Shown piece after piece: positions 13,201 through 24,202 of a DNA stretch of 64,000 bases (position 1 is its first letter; each line of letters starts with the position of its first letter). The notes under the pieces are model-generated. The model was given only the letters and a program-made list of their open reading frames with translations, was not told the origin of the DNA and made no database searches. The DNA lies in NCBI GenBank assembly GCA_000320545.1, contig ADNK01003173.1:7160-71159 (forward strand), written 5' to 3'. The position numbers and the translations under genes were made by a program. Origin of the DNA: Bigelowiella natans CCMP2755. Its lineage: Eukaryota; Protista; Cercozoa.

Positions 13201-15247
13201 GATACTACGTAGGTTCTCCCCTACCTACGCTAGGACTGCAGCTGCTTTTACTACTGCTTACCGGAAGGAGAACTCTGTAGGCCTCAGCTTCGCTAAGGTG
13301 TGGGCCAAGGCTGGCCTTGATGCCCACTTCGATAACCTAATAAAGTTATGCAGCAACACCCTATTGAATGCTAAGCTAGACACTACTAGACCAGCTACCC
13401 TATGGACAGACTGGTCTAAGCTAGGTATGGCTGCTGTACTTACCCAAGACCAGCAGATCATACGGGTGTGGGGCAGGGCCTGCACAGCAGCTGAGGCCAA
13501 GTACAGCCCTACAAAAGGAGAGTATAAAGCCATGACTGAGGCGCAGAGGAAACTAAGATACTACCTGCTGTCGGTGCCCAGCTTCACCTTAATGACTGAC
13601 CACAAGCCCCTCCTAGGCATCGACCGCAAGCTCGAAGCGCCTAACGATGAGTATGCAGCTATGAGGGCGGACACGGAAGAGTTTAGGGACAAGAGGACAG
13701 TGGTCTACGCACCAGGAGACAAGCAGCTTGCTGACTATTTCAGCAGGCTGTTCGAAAAGAAAGTCCCTACCCAGGTCACCCCTATGGTTAACGCGATTAC
13801 CTTCGAGGACGGCGACTTCCTGCCTGAGCCAGAGGAGCTCCAGCACCTTCAAGAACACCTGGATAAATACAAACACAAGCATGAGGTACTTAGTGATAGG
13901 ATATATGTATACACTAATAATGTTAGGCGTACCTACGTGCCACGGCGGACCAGGGGAGCCCTTCTCTTTACCGCCCATGGACCTGCACACGTAGGAGAAA
14001 ACCATATCACTGCTCTACTCTACCATTACTACTGGCCCTACAAGCTAAAAGAGATAAGGACATACCTGCGTGGCTGCAGGTGCTCCAGCTTGAAGGCGGC
14101 AGGCGTCGCCACCAAGGAGTCCAGCAAGAGCCGTGCATCTAAGAAAATCAAAGCAAGGAACTTCTTAGATATCGTGCAAATTGATGTTTATAAGTACGAT
14201 GGCTATCACTACCTTACCTTCGTTGATGTGGCCACTGGAAAGTGCTGGGTTAAAAAGATTATCAAGGTCAACGTTGCTAAGAAGAACAAAGGCTTATATA
14301 AGCAGAGGCTTACTAACTGCTACCGTACCTGGGAGTCTGAGCTCCAGGCTATCCCTGATGAAGTTAGCATAAACAAGATACCAAAGAAGTTACATGTGGA
14401 TAATGAGACCTCTCTTCTACAGCTACCACACCCTAATATTGATGCCTCACCTGTATACTATGCCCAGTCCAACTCCAAGGTAGAGCGACTCCACCGCACC
14501 TTGGCCAACCTAAGCAGGATAAATAGCACCACACCAGACAAGATACAAGGGTTAGTAAACGACACCTTCACGTCTGGGGGAGGTATCAAGGATAAGGAGA
14601 GGGAAGAAGGCGACGACAACGACGACGATACCGAGAGCGAAGACGAGAAGGTCCCGTACGATGGCCGAGTTCTAAAGGAAGGACAGTATGTTAGGGCCAA
14701 GGTAAATCTGAGATCGAGAAATAAACAAGACCCCTTCTGGGGTGGCGTTGCAAAGGTTACCGAGAGGAAGGGGAGGAAGCAGTACTACATCTATGATGGG
14801 AACAGGGTCACCTTGCGCCACATCAGTCACCTAAAGAATTATGATATCGGTGAGAAGCTCCTAGAGGATGTTAAAGTAAACCCTACTGTGTGGGAGCGAG
14901 CAATGCCTTGTTTAGGACCCCGACCTAAGTTCGATGTGGAATATGGAAACAATAAGGTCAGGGTGAACGACGATTGGCGCATGAAGATTGTCTATCTAGG
15001 CTACCCTGGATTACGAAATATGGAGAGGGTAGCTATGAAAATAAAGGACGGAAAATATCAGCTACTCTACCTAGCTGTTCCCGACTTACCCTTTGAGCAC
15101 TGGTATAAGGTCCTGGGGGACCTTGATGCAGAGGGCTGGTATGGACACGAACCTAAGGACGAAGGTGAGTTCTGGGTAAGCGACAAAGGAGATAAGGTTA
15201 GAGAGGAATCTATTACCTGGTGGTTGGTGAAGTTCCGAAAGCGATGA
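10274..15247 (+). CDS. Single-frame gag-pol polyprotein, interrupted by one in-frame TAG at 10703-10705
   Basis: Zn knuckle CGYCSRKGKHTAKDC; protease ALWDSGS; RT YVDD; RNase H LWTDWS; IN HHCC (HGPAH...CRC) and D-D-E (QIDV, HVDN, SKVERLH). Copy 2 has CAG at the stop position. Confidence 0.95.
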
Positions 15248-15290
15248 AGGTCTAAGGGAATAAGGAAGGAAGGAAGGAGCAACGTGACTT

Positions 15291-15298
15291 GGGGGAGG
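15291..15298 (+). promoter_or_regulatory. Polypurine tract
   Basis: GGGGGAGG immediately 5' of the 3' LTR, preceded by a purine-rich (AAGG)n run at ~15254-15279. Confidence 0.8.
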
Positions 15299-15624
15299 TG
15301 TAGCGCGTACCACTACGCGGGCACAAGTCACGTGCGACAACAAAGGGGTTGTCGCGGATATAGAATATAGATAACGTAGATATTAATACAGCATAGGCAC
15401 GTGGGTTCCGGCGGGACTCATGGCAGCACACCGGAAGTGTGCTGCCCCACGTGCGGCGGCATTCGCGAAAGCTTCGCGAATGATTACGCAGTGCACGATT
15501 TAATAAAAATATAATCTTTAATAAAAATAAACACAACTCTTCAAAAGGAAGCAAACGTGCCTTTCCCCCCCCCTGCCTACTTGTGCACGTAGCGCCTCGG
15601 CCTGTGAACACCTTACGCGCAACA
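15299..15624 (+). repeat. 3' LTR of copy 1
   Basis: Direct repeat of 9909-10234. Confidence 0.97.
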
Positions 15625-16139
15625 TAGCCAACAACGTGGAAATGATGCATGATCGAAGCAGGACGCATGTTGCATGAGCCGCGTGTCGCAGACGCATGAC
15701 ACAGGCTAGCTAGCGTGCGCCGCACGCCAGAGAACGTGTGACAGATGCTCAATTGGAAATCCAACAGTCACAAGTGCATGCATGTGCTCTCTGCTGGGTT
15801 GCATTTGCCGAGAGTGCTGCGCAGCAGCCTCAAAGAACACAAGAACCAATCTAGAAATCTGACTGAATGTGCATGCAATTCCATGCCGTGTGCAATTTAG
15901 CTACACAATGCATGCGTGTGCACGTTGTGAAATGAATCCATCAACCCAAAACGTAACGTCGTGCTTGAGGGAAAACGCATCTAACTGTTTCCTGCAACTT
16001 GTACATTGGGTGGAATTTCGTTTTCAATTAAAGCTTAGCTTTAGGGCCAACAGTACCTGCAAGGATGAATATTCATCACACGGGGGTAGATTTGGAATTT
16101 GGTTGGTTGTGTCCACCCAATGATTTGTTAATTCTCTAT

Positions 16140-16792
16140 TTACGAACCGATCTTGAGCTTCTTGTTGTATTTCTTGAGGACGTGAGGTCCGTGGAACATT
16201 TTAAATTTTTTAGAGGAGTCTTTTCCGCCCTGTAAATAATTTTTCTAAAAGTTAACGCTATTTCTACAGAGATTGGCGGAAAATTTTCTAATTTGTTTGC
16301 CTCTGGTGTCCACCTCTTTTAGGAGAATTTTCTTTCCTCCAGGATGAAACTTGGCAAATTTGGTAACATTATATACTCCTCCTATCAATGAATTATATCC
16401 CATTTGTTACATAAAATAATTCAGTATAGGGTCAGAACAAAGAATTCTGTTTGCAAATTTCGTGTGAATTCTGATTATTAATCATGAGATCGTGCATACA
16501 GGGGATGGAAAGAGTGGATGGAATCCATTGTGAACACTATATTAGAATGATGGTCTGGGTGGTAGTATCTCTCAAAGTAGGCGGGAAATCGATAATATGA
16601 GACCGTTGATGATGATCCAGCAGTCGTCCTCCTTGTTGTGCTTCTTGACCTCTGCTACAGTGTAAACTTTCGACTGAAGAGCACAAAATAAAAGGCGTAA
16701 GAGTGAGATAAGATACCGGCAATGATATAGGCTAACCCCATGAGCAGTGAGAATTGGGATGGCTCCCCACAATCGAAAGTCTACTGTACCAT
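16140..16792 (-). CDS. Small cytochrome b5 heme-binding domain protein (4 exons)
   Basis: ATG|GT first exon at 16792; SKVYTVAEVKKHNKEDDCWIIING; VYNVTKFAKFHPGG; GGKDSSKKFKMFHGPH...KIGS*. Confidence 0.88.
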
Positions 16793-17458
16793 GGTTAGTT
16801 ATCCGGGTTGGGATTTCCCAACTGCGGTGGGGCGTCGCTTTGAACGTCGTCTTTAACTTTAAACCCGGCTCTACTACAACAAATTTTTGACTTTTTTGAA
16901 AGTGCCTTTTATCTATCTTGAAAGGCACCGATTTGTTATGTCGTAGATCAAAATCAAAACGCGTTTCTGCAGTGTGGGCGGCTCTGGTAAATCTGTTTTG
17001 GGCTTATAATCCCCCGGTAGTAGCCGATAGGATACCCCCCCTTAGTTGTCACTGACTGATATTTGTGACCAGCTCTGTCTGAACTACTTCCTTTTTCGAT
17101 GAGAGACAGGAGAATCTCCACTGGAAAAAGCGCTTTCGGGTGGCTTATTGCAAGCTGCTTCAATTTAAATCGAAGCCCAGCGGGAACACTCTGAGATTCA
17201 GAGAGATGAGATCTCTGATAGTCTCGGATTGAACAAAATTTGTAGTAGCTGCCTCCAAACCCATTCACTCTGCGCTCGCTTGCTGCTCCGAACCACGCTT
17301 CATTCGAGCATGCGCTGCTGCTGCTGCAGGTTGCGCATCCGAAGAGCAAGGAAAAAAATGAAGATGTCAGTGCTAGGTTCCGTATTCACTCAGCAGATAA
17401 CCGACGTACGTGCATAAACCATAGGGTTCCGCCCCCTGTGCCTTGGTAGATCGTCAAC

Positions 17459-19756
17459 ATGGCAGGCAGCGAGATTCAAACTGCTGGCGTGCACAGAAAG
17501 ACTACAACCGACTCTGGTGTAGAACTTTTGATGAAGCCCAACCATCCGCTTTCAGCCGACCTCGAGAAGGCAGATTCCAAATCCAGCTTCGACTCGAAGA
17601 GTGAAGTCTCAGACCCTCAAGCGGCATCGCGAAGGGCATTCAGCAAAAGGATGGAAAAGATAGTTGGAAACCAAGCCAATAAGTCTTACAACCTTGTCTT
17701 TGAAGATGTGCGAGTCAAGGTCAGCATGCCAGCATGGATGCCTGCCTTCGCGACGCCGGGAGTCCCAGGGCAGACGAAGGAAATACTGAAAGGCGTAAGC
17801 GGGCGCGTCACATCCGGCCAGGTGAGAGCAAAGGCCAGCACAAGCAATGCGTTTGTTCTCCTTAAAATATTGAAATAGGTGTTGGCGATTATTGGAGCTT
17901 CTGGATCTGGGAAGACCACTCTTCTGGATCAGCTTGCGCATGCCCCGCTCATGCCTGGAGGTTCACTCAGTCTAGTGAAGGATTGCCTGGTGTTGGCAAC
18001 AGTCATTCTGACTCAACTTGCTTGTGTTAGGGGAGGCCACGGACCACATTTATGTGAACGGTGTTGAAATGAATGACAAATTCTTCAAGTCCCACTGCGC
18101 ATATGTCCACCAGGATGATCGGCTCTGGGGTATCATCACGCCCAAACAACAATCTACTCGAAGTCAATTGTTTTTCTGAACACCAAAACGCGAACTATAG
18201 GAGCTCTTACGGTGTACGAAAATCTGGCTATGGCTTCAAGGCTGTACAACCCATCCTTGAAACCGAAAGAGCGAGATGAAATGATAGCAGAGGTCCTCGA
18301 GGCGACAGGCCTTCAGTCCTGCATGCACACGAAGGTCGGGAATGTTCTAATTAAAGGCGTATCCGGTGGCCAGCGTCGCCGAGTCTCCATTGCAGTCGAG
18401 GTATTCTTTTTCTGTGATTGTGGATCTGTATGAGCTTCATCCTGCAGCTCCTTTCTTGAATTTGCGCTTTCCGCGATCGCAGCTCATGGGGCGTCCCGGT
18501 CTCCTCTTCTTGGACGAGCCTACTTCTGGCTTGGACTCGAAGTCCGCCGCAGAGATCATGGAGCTGCTCGGAATGCTCGCGAAAACAACAAAAGTGACCA
18601 TCGTGTGTTCCATCCACCAGCCATCCTCACGAACCTTCTTGGCCTTCGACAAAACGCTGCTCCTCTCCAAGGGCAAAGTGGCCTACTTCGGGCCCGCGAA
18701 GAAAGCGCTGACGTACTTCGCGGAGCTGGGCTTCAAAGCCCCCTCCCAGATGAACCCCGCCGATTACCTGATCGAGATCTCCAACCCTGACTTCACCGAC
18801 CCGAAGCAGGTCAACAAGCTGATCAGCCATTGGGAGGAGAAGTGGGGGGCGACCAGAAGAAGCAGGCTGCTGCTGCTTCCGACAGCAGAAGTGCCCCCGA
18901 CGCGACCCCCGCGTTCCCGTACGCTGCAGGCTATCCTCAGCAGGTGTACGTGTTGACACAGCGGATGTTCACGTCGTACACCCGAGACCCGGGCGCCTAC
19001 ATCGGGCGCAGCGTCCTGTACGTCACCATGTCGATCATATTCGGGGTGATATACGTCGGCGCGAGGGAGAAGAACCAGGACCACGCGCTCGACATCCTGT
19101 TCGCCATTGCGTGGGGGATGGCGACGCCGAGCTACATGGCCTGCATGATCATGCCGGTGTTTACCTTCGAGAGCGCGACCTTCACGAAGGAGGCGAAGAA
19201 TGGAATGTACGCTCCGATCTCCTACGTCGCGAGCTCCAGTTTGGTCCAGCTGCTCTTTGTGCTGATGGCGTCCTCTCTGAGCGTCATCCCCTACTACTGG
19301 ATCGACGACATCAACGACGACCCGGGTCGGTTCTTCGCCTTCCTCATCTTGCAGTTCAGCTTTCTGTACACCGTCGAAAGCATAGCAACCGTCGCTGCCG
19401 CCCTCATTCCCAACTTCATCATCGCTCTGGGCATCGTCGTCTCCCTTCTGTCCAACTTCTTCGTGTTCAACGGGCTCTTTGTAACCCCTGATTCGGTTCC
19501 GTGGGTCTTCCGATGGATTGAGTTTATCTCGCCCCACGCGTATGCCATGCGTGGCCTTGCGTGGCTCTCCTACGCGGGGGAAAGTTTCAGTGGAATTGAT
19601 TCGTGTAATCCCTGCTTTGGAGCTACCGGGGAAGAGGTCCTGGACGCTGTCCAGGGCTTGTCATCGGACGTTGATTTTGGCGTGATCTTTGGAGTGCTGT
19701 GGGCTGAATCGTTCGCCCTGCGAGCCTGGCACTGGTACATTCTTCGCAACAAATAG
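17459..19756 (+). CDS. ABCG (White-family) half transporter
   Basis: Walker A GASGSGKTT; signature VSGGQRRRVSIA; Walker B LFLDEPTSGLD; SIHQP; C-terminal 6-TM ABC2 domain. Apparent 1-nt frameshift in a G6 run at ~18844-18849. Confidence 0.93.
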
Positions 19757-19895
19757 CTCAGCACCGATGAGTTCCAAAGTTGGTGTCCGATGTACACAGT
19801 GCACATCACATGACTTTGTTGTCCATGTAGCCGCTCCTCTGCGTAGTAGCTACATTGCATTTAAGGGGAAAAGACTTTATTTCTCTGACTTTATG

Positions 19896-19933
<38 letters not shown>

Positions 19934-20517
19934 TGTGTACATGCATATAATATGTGTACATGTATATACATGTATAAACGTGTCTGTTTGATCGACAAGT
20001 ACAACGTGCATCAGCGTTCTGCCAGCATGCTAGCATGTCATGTAGACTTGGGGCTCTACTCACACTACACGCGTGTACTACTGATAAGCACATGAGTAGG
20101 AGAAAAGGCACACAACATTAAGGCGTCGGTGTACGTCTGTAGACTTCATGTCTGCATGGTATGAATGCAAATGTCTAACCCACGGCCTGATTCGTGCTGT
20201 TGCGGCAGCATGCGCTGAATGTCCAGACATGCACGAGACAAGGAGGAGGCTATATATTCTTACTAGCTTAGCCATGTTGTCAGCAGAGAGACTCGCTTGA
20301 GTAGCGTGTTCATTATTGCAGAGGTATGTGCATGTTACGGACACGAGGATAACCCCCGAAATTCCTGGCCGAACATTCTGAAAGTATCAAGAACTTGCCA
20401 CGTGACGAAGTACAAACAATTGTCTATTCGTTCCGCGACGAACCTCATACACTAAGAAATAAGGCGTTTACATGTGATGCCCTATTTCCAATATTGCAGG
20501 GCAGCTGTAACACTACC

Positions 20518-20953
20518 TCATGATATCAATGACATAACAGTAGTCGTGGTGGAGGCAATCCCTAGAACCGAACCGCCGATGGCGAGCGCGAGAATGAGAA
20601 CGTACTTTTGAAAATATACACGCACACACGCACAGACACAGATTTAGGAATTTTCCAAGACTCACAACTTACGCTTACGCGCGCGCGCGCGCGCACACAC
20701 ACACACCCACACAGGCAGGCAGACAGACACACATTTATGCATCTACATTTGACGACCTGTGAAAGAGGCGGGCACTCCATGTGGCCTAGTTGGATCATCT
20801 TCAAGGACAGCAAAGCCGGTAGTACAAAGCAAACGAAGGAAGACGCAGTGCTCCCCATGAGACCAAACACCTGAACATGTCAAATTCATCACAGGTACAA
20901 AACACGAAGGTATATCATTTAATGCAATACAGATATAGCATATTAACTAATAA

Positions 20954-20992
<39 letters not shown>

Positions 20993-22530
20993 AACATCGT
21001 CATCGTGCAATAAGCGGTGTTTTATTTTCCTTCCCCCACCATCCACCCTGCTAACAAGTGAAGGAGGACCGTGCTGATGTCTGGGATAAACATGGAGGCG
21101 GCCAGAGCGGAGAGGCAAAGAACGCAAGTCACCGTCCCGTGAAGCATAGTAGGCATTTTGCCATCCTTGATGCCAAACACCAGCACGCCGATCGTAAAGC
21201 GGCACGGGAAGATTACCAAAGGAAAGGCCATCACCACCGTCAGCACCACCGCGACGCTCGCGAACATCATCAGAACGTCCTGCACGGCAATGCTATGACC
21301 GACGTTCGTCGAATGCATGTAGTTCTGCAGTATGTTCGGCTTCGTCGCGCTGCCGTATTCCAGGTAGCCAGCGGTCCCCATCAGGAGATAGATCGAGAAG
21401 CAAATGGCGACCGAGCGCCACGAGACCTTGCGCATGCGCTTTGGGGAGGGTTGAGCTAGCTCGTGGTACACAGAGAACACGTTGGTCTGGCAGGTGTAGG
21501 CGAAAATCATCACAGGCAAAGCCAGCAATGAACCACTGGCATTCGTGAAGAAGACATCGTCCCTGCGCATGATCTCTTGGAGGCTGCGGTGGCTCAGCTC
21601 GACGGAGGCGTGCACGCACGCCGCAAACACCAGGTAGAAGATGGACACCACCCCGAGGAAGCTCGTGAACCGGAGAGCGTTGACGCTATCGACCAGCGAG
21701 AGGGGGAGCATGATGAGGAAGAAGAAGGCACAGATGACCCCTTTCTGCCCAAGCAGCTGGAGAATGAACGGCATGCGCGTCAGCTCCAGGATGTCACCGA
21801 CGGCGATTATGTAGGCGACGGCGCACCCGAAGCAGAACACGATCACGCACACTTCCATCACGTATCCCATGCGATGGCCCATGAGCTGAACCGTCAGGTC
21901 CTCGTAGGAGCGCGCGCCTGTGACGTCCCGGGCCTTGATGAGGAGGTGGATCGAGAACTGGGTTGCAGCTCCTCCGACCCAAAGCAGCACGATCCCAGTG
22001 AGCAGCCTGTTTTAAAGAAAAACCCAGTTTCAAATAGTAGAAAGAAAAGAACGCGGCTCTTCCCACATGCGCAAACAACAGCACAACGCGCAGTCTTCAC
22101 AGCCTTGGAACATACGCAGTGATACGCCGCACATGCATACATCGAGGATTAGCTGGTACCCAGATTGCCGGAATGCGTAGGGCAGCGAGAGAGCACCTGC
22201 ACCAAGGGTGGCGCTGCAAAGATTGAACACCGAAGCCCTAATTGACCCCTCTCTGAATGTGCAGAGCCCGCCATATGGATCCCCCTCCAGCTGCAGCTCA
22301 TCGCAGCCTTCAGCCTCCTTTTCATCAAACGTGTCGTACCTCGCCATGGGCAAGTTTGGTAAACTCTTGACCGTCCGCAGGGGTTTAATGAGGGGAGAGG
22401 TGTCCGGGTAGAAGCCGATCATCTTCACCGCAAACTCCTCCGGATCGAAGTAGCCGTCGCCTTCCTGCACCGACCGGCTCGCGTGCAGGGGGCGGCGATG
22501 GCCGCCATTTTCACTGCCCGAATCTGCCAT
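20518..22530 (-). CDS. Amino acid/auxin permease (AAAP/SLC38, AVT6-like)
   Basis: SVFNLCSATLGAGALSLPYAF; FAYTCQTNV; GYLEYG; FGLMGSTAS; about 11 hydrophobic segments; stop at 20518. Confidence 0.92.
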
Positions 22531-23028
22531 CAAGACTGATCTCCGTCCCTTTTCCGAATATTCCCCAAAAATGGAGAAGAATGAGAGGATGAGAGTCAGA
22601 GCAGAGGAAGGGGGGGGGGGGGTCAAGCAGTCAGCATCCTCCAGCTGCTAACGGAAGTACAAGTACAGTCGTCGGCCCGCTTATTCTATACAGCAAAAAT
22701 GGTTAAATCCCGCATGAAAATCTGCCCAAATCGTCCCGGCCCACGGCCACTGTGGCGACGGAAGACGGAACCAACTGCCGCTCCAAATGCAGGCCAATTT
22801 CCTTCGTGGTCGGCCCGAGTCGGGAGACATGATTTTGTACCAGGATTAAATCGGCTTGAAATTAGTCCCATTTTCGCTCTGCGACAGGATAAAAAAACCA
22901 AATTCGCTGCAAGCCTCAACTGGCCCCGGTGCTTGTTTCTGGTGTCGGCGCGTGCAAATCTCGCTTTTTACATCAGGGGTGCTCTGGAAAGGGGGGGAGG
23001 ACCCGTGCGCGGTGTTTGCGGCCCCTAA

Positions 23029-23511
23029 ATGGGACAGTACTTCGGCAAGAAAGTTTTTGAGCGCGCAGTGGAAAGCAAGTTTGAGGATTTCACACTGAAA
23101 GACGTCAAGACGCACGCGCGCGTTCTGAGCGTTTATGATGGGGACACCTGCACGCTGGGCTTCAAATGGCTTGGGAAATACTTCAAAGTGAAGGTGCGCA
23201 TGTACGGGTATGATTCTCCAGAAATGAGGCCTCGAAAGAACCAGGAAAACCGAGAAGAGGAAATCAAAGCTGCAAAATTAGCTAAGGAGTATCTGATTGG
23301 CGTGACCAAGGACCAGATATTGTGGGCACATTTTCTCGACTTCGATAAGTACGGGCGCCCGCTTGTGACTCTGTACTTGAATCAATACATGTTTTGCTGC
23401 CTCGGGAATAACAAAGAAAACATCAATGAGATGATGGTAGAAAGCGGTCACGGCTACCCCTACAAAGGAGGGACGAAGAAAAAATTCGTAGCGACGGAAA
23501 AGAAGGTTTGA
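23029..23511 (+). CDS. Intronless staphylococcal-nuclease (thermonuclease) family protein
   Basis: VYDGDT, VRMYGYDSPE, FDKYGRPL, INEMMVESGHG: the SNase catalytic Asp/Glu/Arg set is intact. Confidence 0.92.
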   Translation: MGQYFGKKVFERAVESKFEDFTLKDVKTHARVLSVYDGDTCTLGFKWLGKYFKVKVRMYGYDSPEMRPRKNQENREEEIKAAKLAKEYLIGVTKDQILWAHFLDFDKYGRPLVTLYLNQYMFCCLGNNKENINEMMVESGHGYPYKGGTKKKFVATEKKV

Positions 23512-24202
23512 ACCCAAATTCAGGACGGAAAGGCTTATGCTTCACACGTCTTGACTCTTTCTCCGCTGTGCCACATAGATGTACTGTGTTTTGTACGTGA
23601 AGAAACGACTATGTAGATACGTGAGTGTGCAAAAACGTTCATGCTACAGCTAGACAGTAGTACACTAGCACTGGCTACGCGTATACATGGATCGCAGTGC
23701 ACTACCACGGATGCAATATGAAGTGTGCACACGCCTAACAAAACAAACAATGATCACATACGAGTGCACGATGGCATGAATTGAACTCGCACATGCCATC
23801 GCATCATACGCTAGCACATAGCCTATGCACATGCGCTTGCTTCAGCCCCAATTGAGGCATGTATGTGTGCGAGCTGCAACGTATCACAGCTGCCACGGCA
23901 GCGCACAGCCTGCTGTGACCTCGTAGGCGCATGGATATTCTTTCCTTGGATTTTCCTTTCTAGCTTTTATACTTTGCGTGCAAACGTAGGGCAATGTGTC
24001 GCATGTGAATGTCATGGCACACACATAAAACGCACTACAAGGTGGTAGGCGCTAGCTACAGCTGCACATCTTAACATGCAGCTGATGAGCGCATCTACAT
24101 GTGTCATAGCTGTAGGGTGCTTCAATCAATGATGTCAAATCGGCTCGCTCAATGCTATATTCAATGTCTTTCTTTGCTAAAGAAATAAATGCCAAAAAAA
24201 AA

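Larger units (their letters stand above)
9909..15624 (+). mobile_element. Full-length Ty3/Gypsy LTR retrotransposon (copy 1), 4-bp TSD TAGC
   Basis: 326-bp direct repeats TG...CA at both ends; TAGC at 9905-9908 and 15625-15628; PBS; PPT; domain order gag-PR-RT-RH-IN. Confidence 0.97.
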
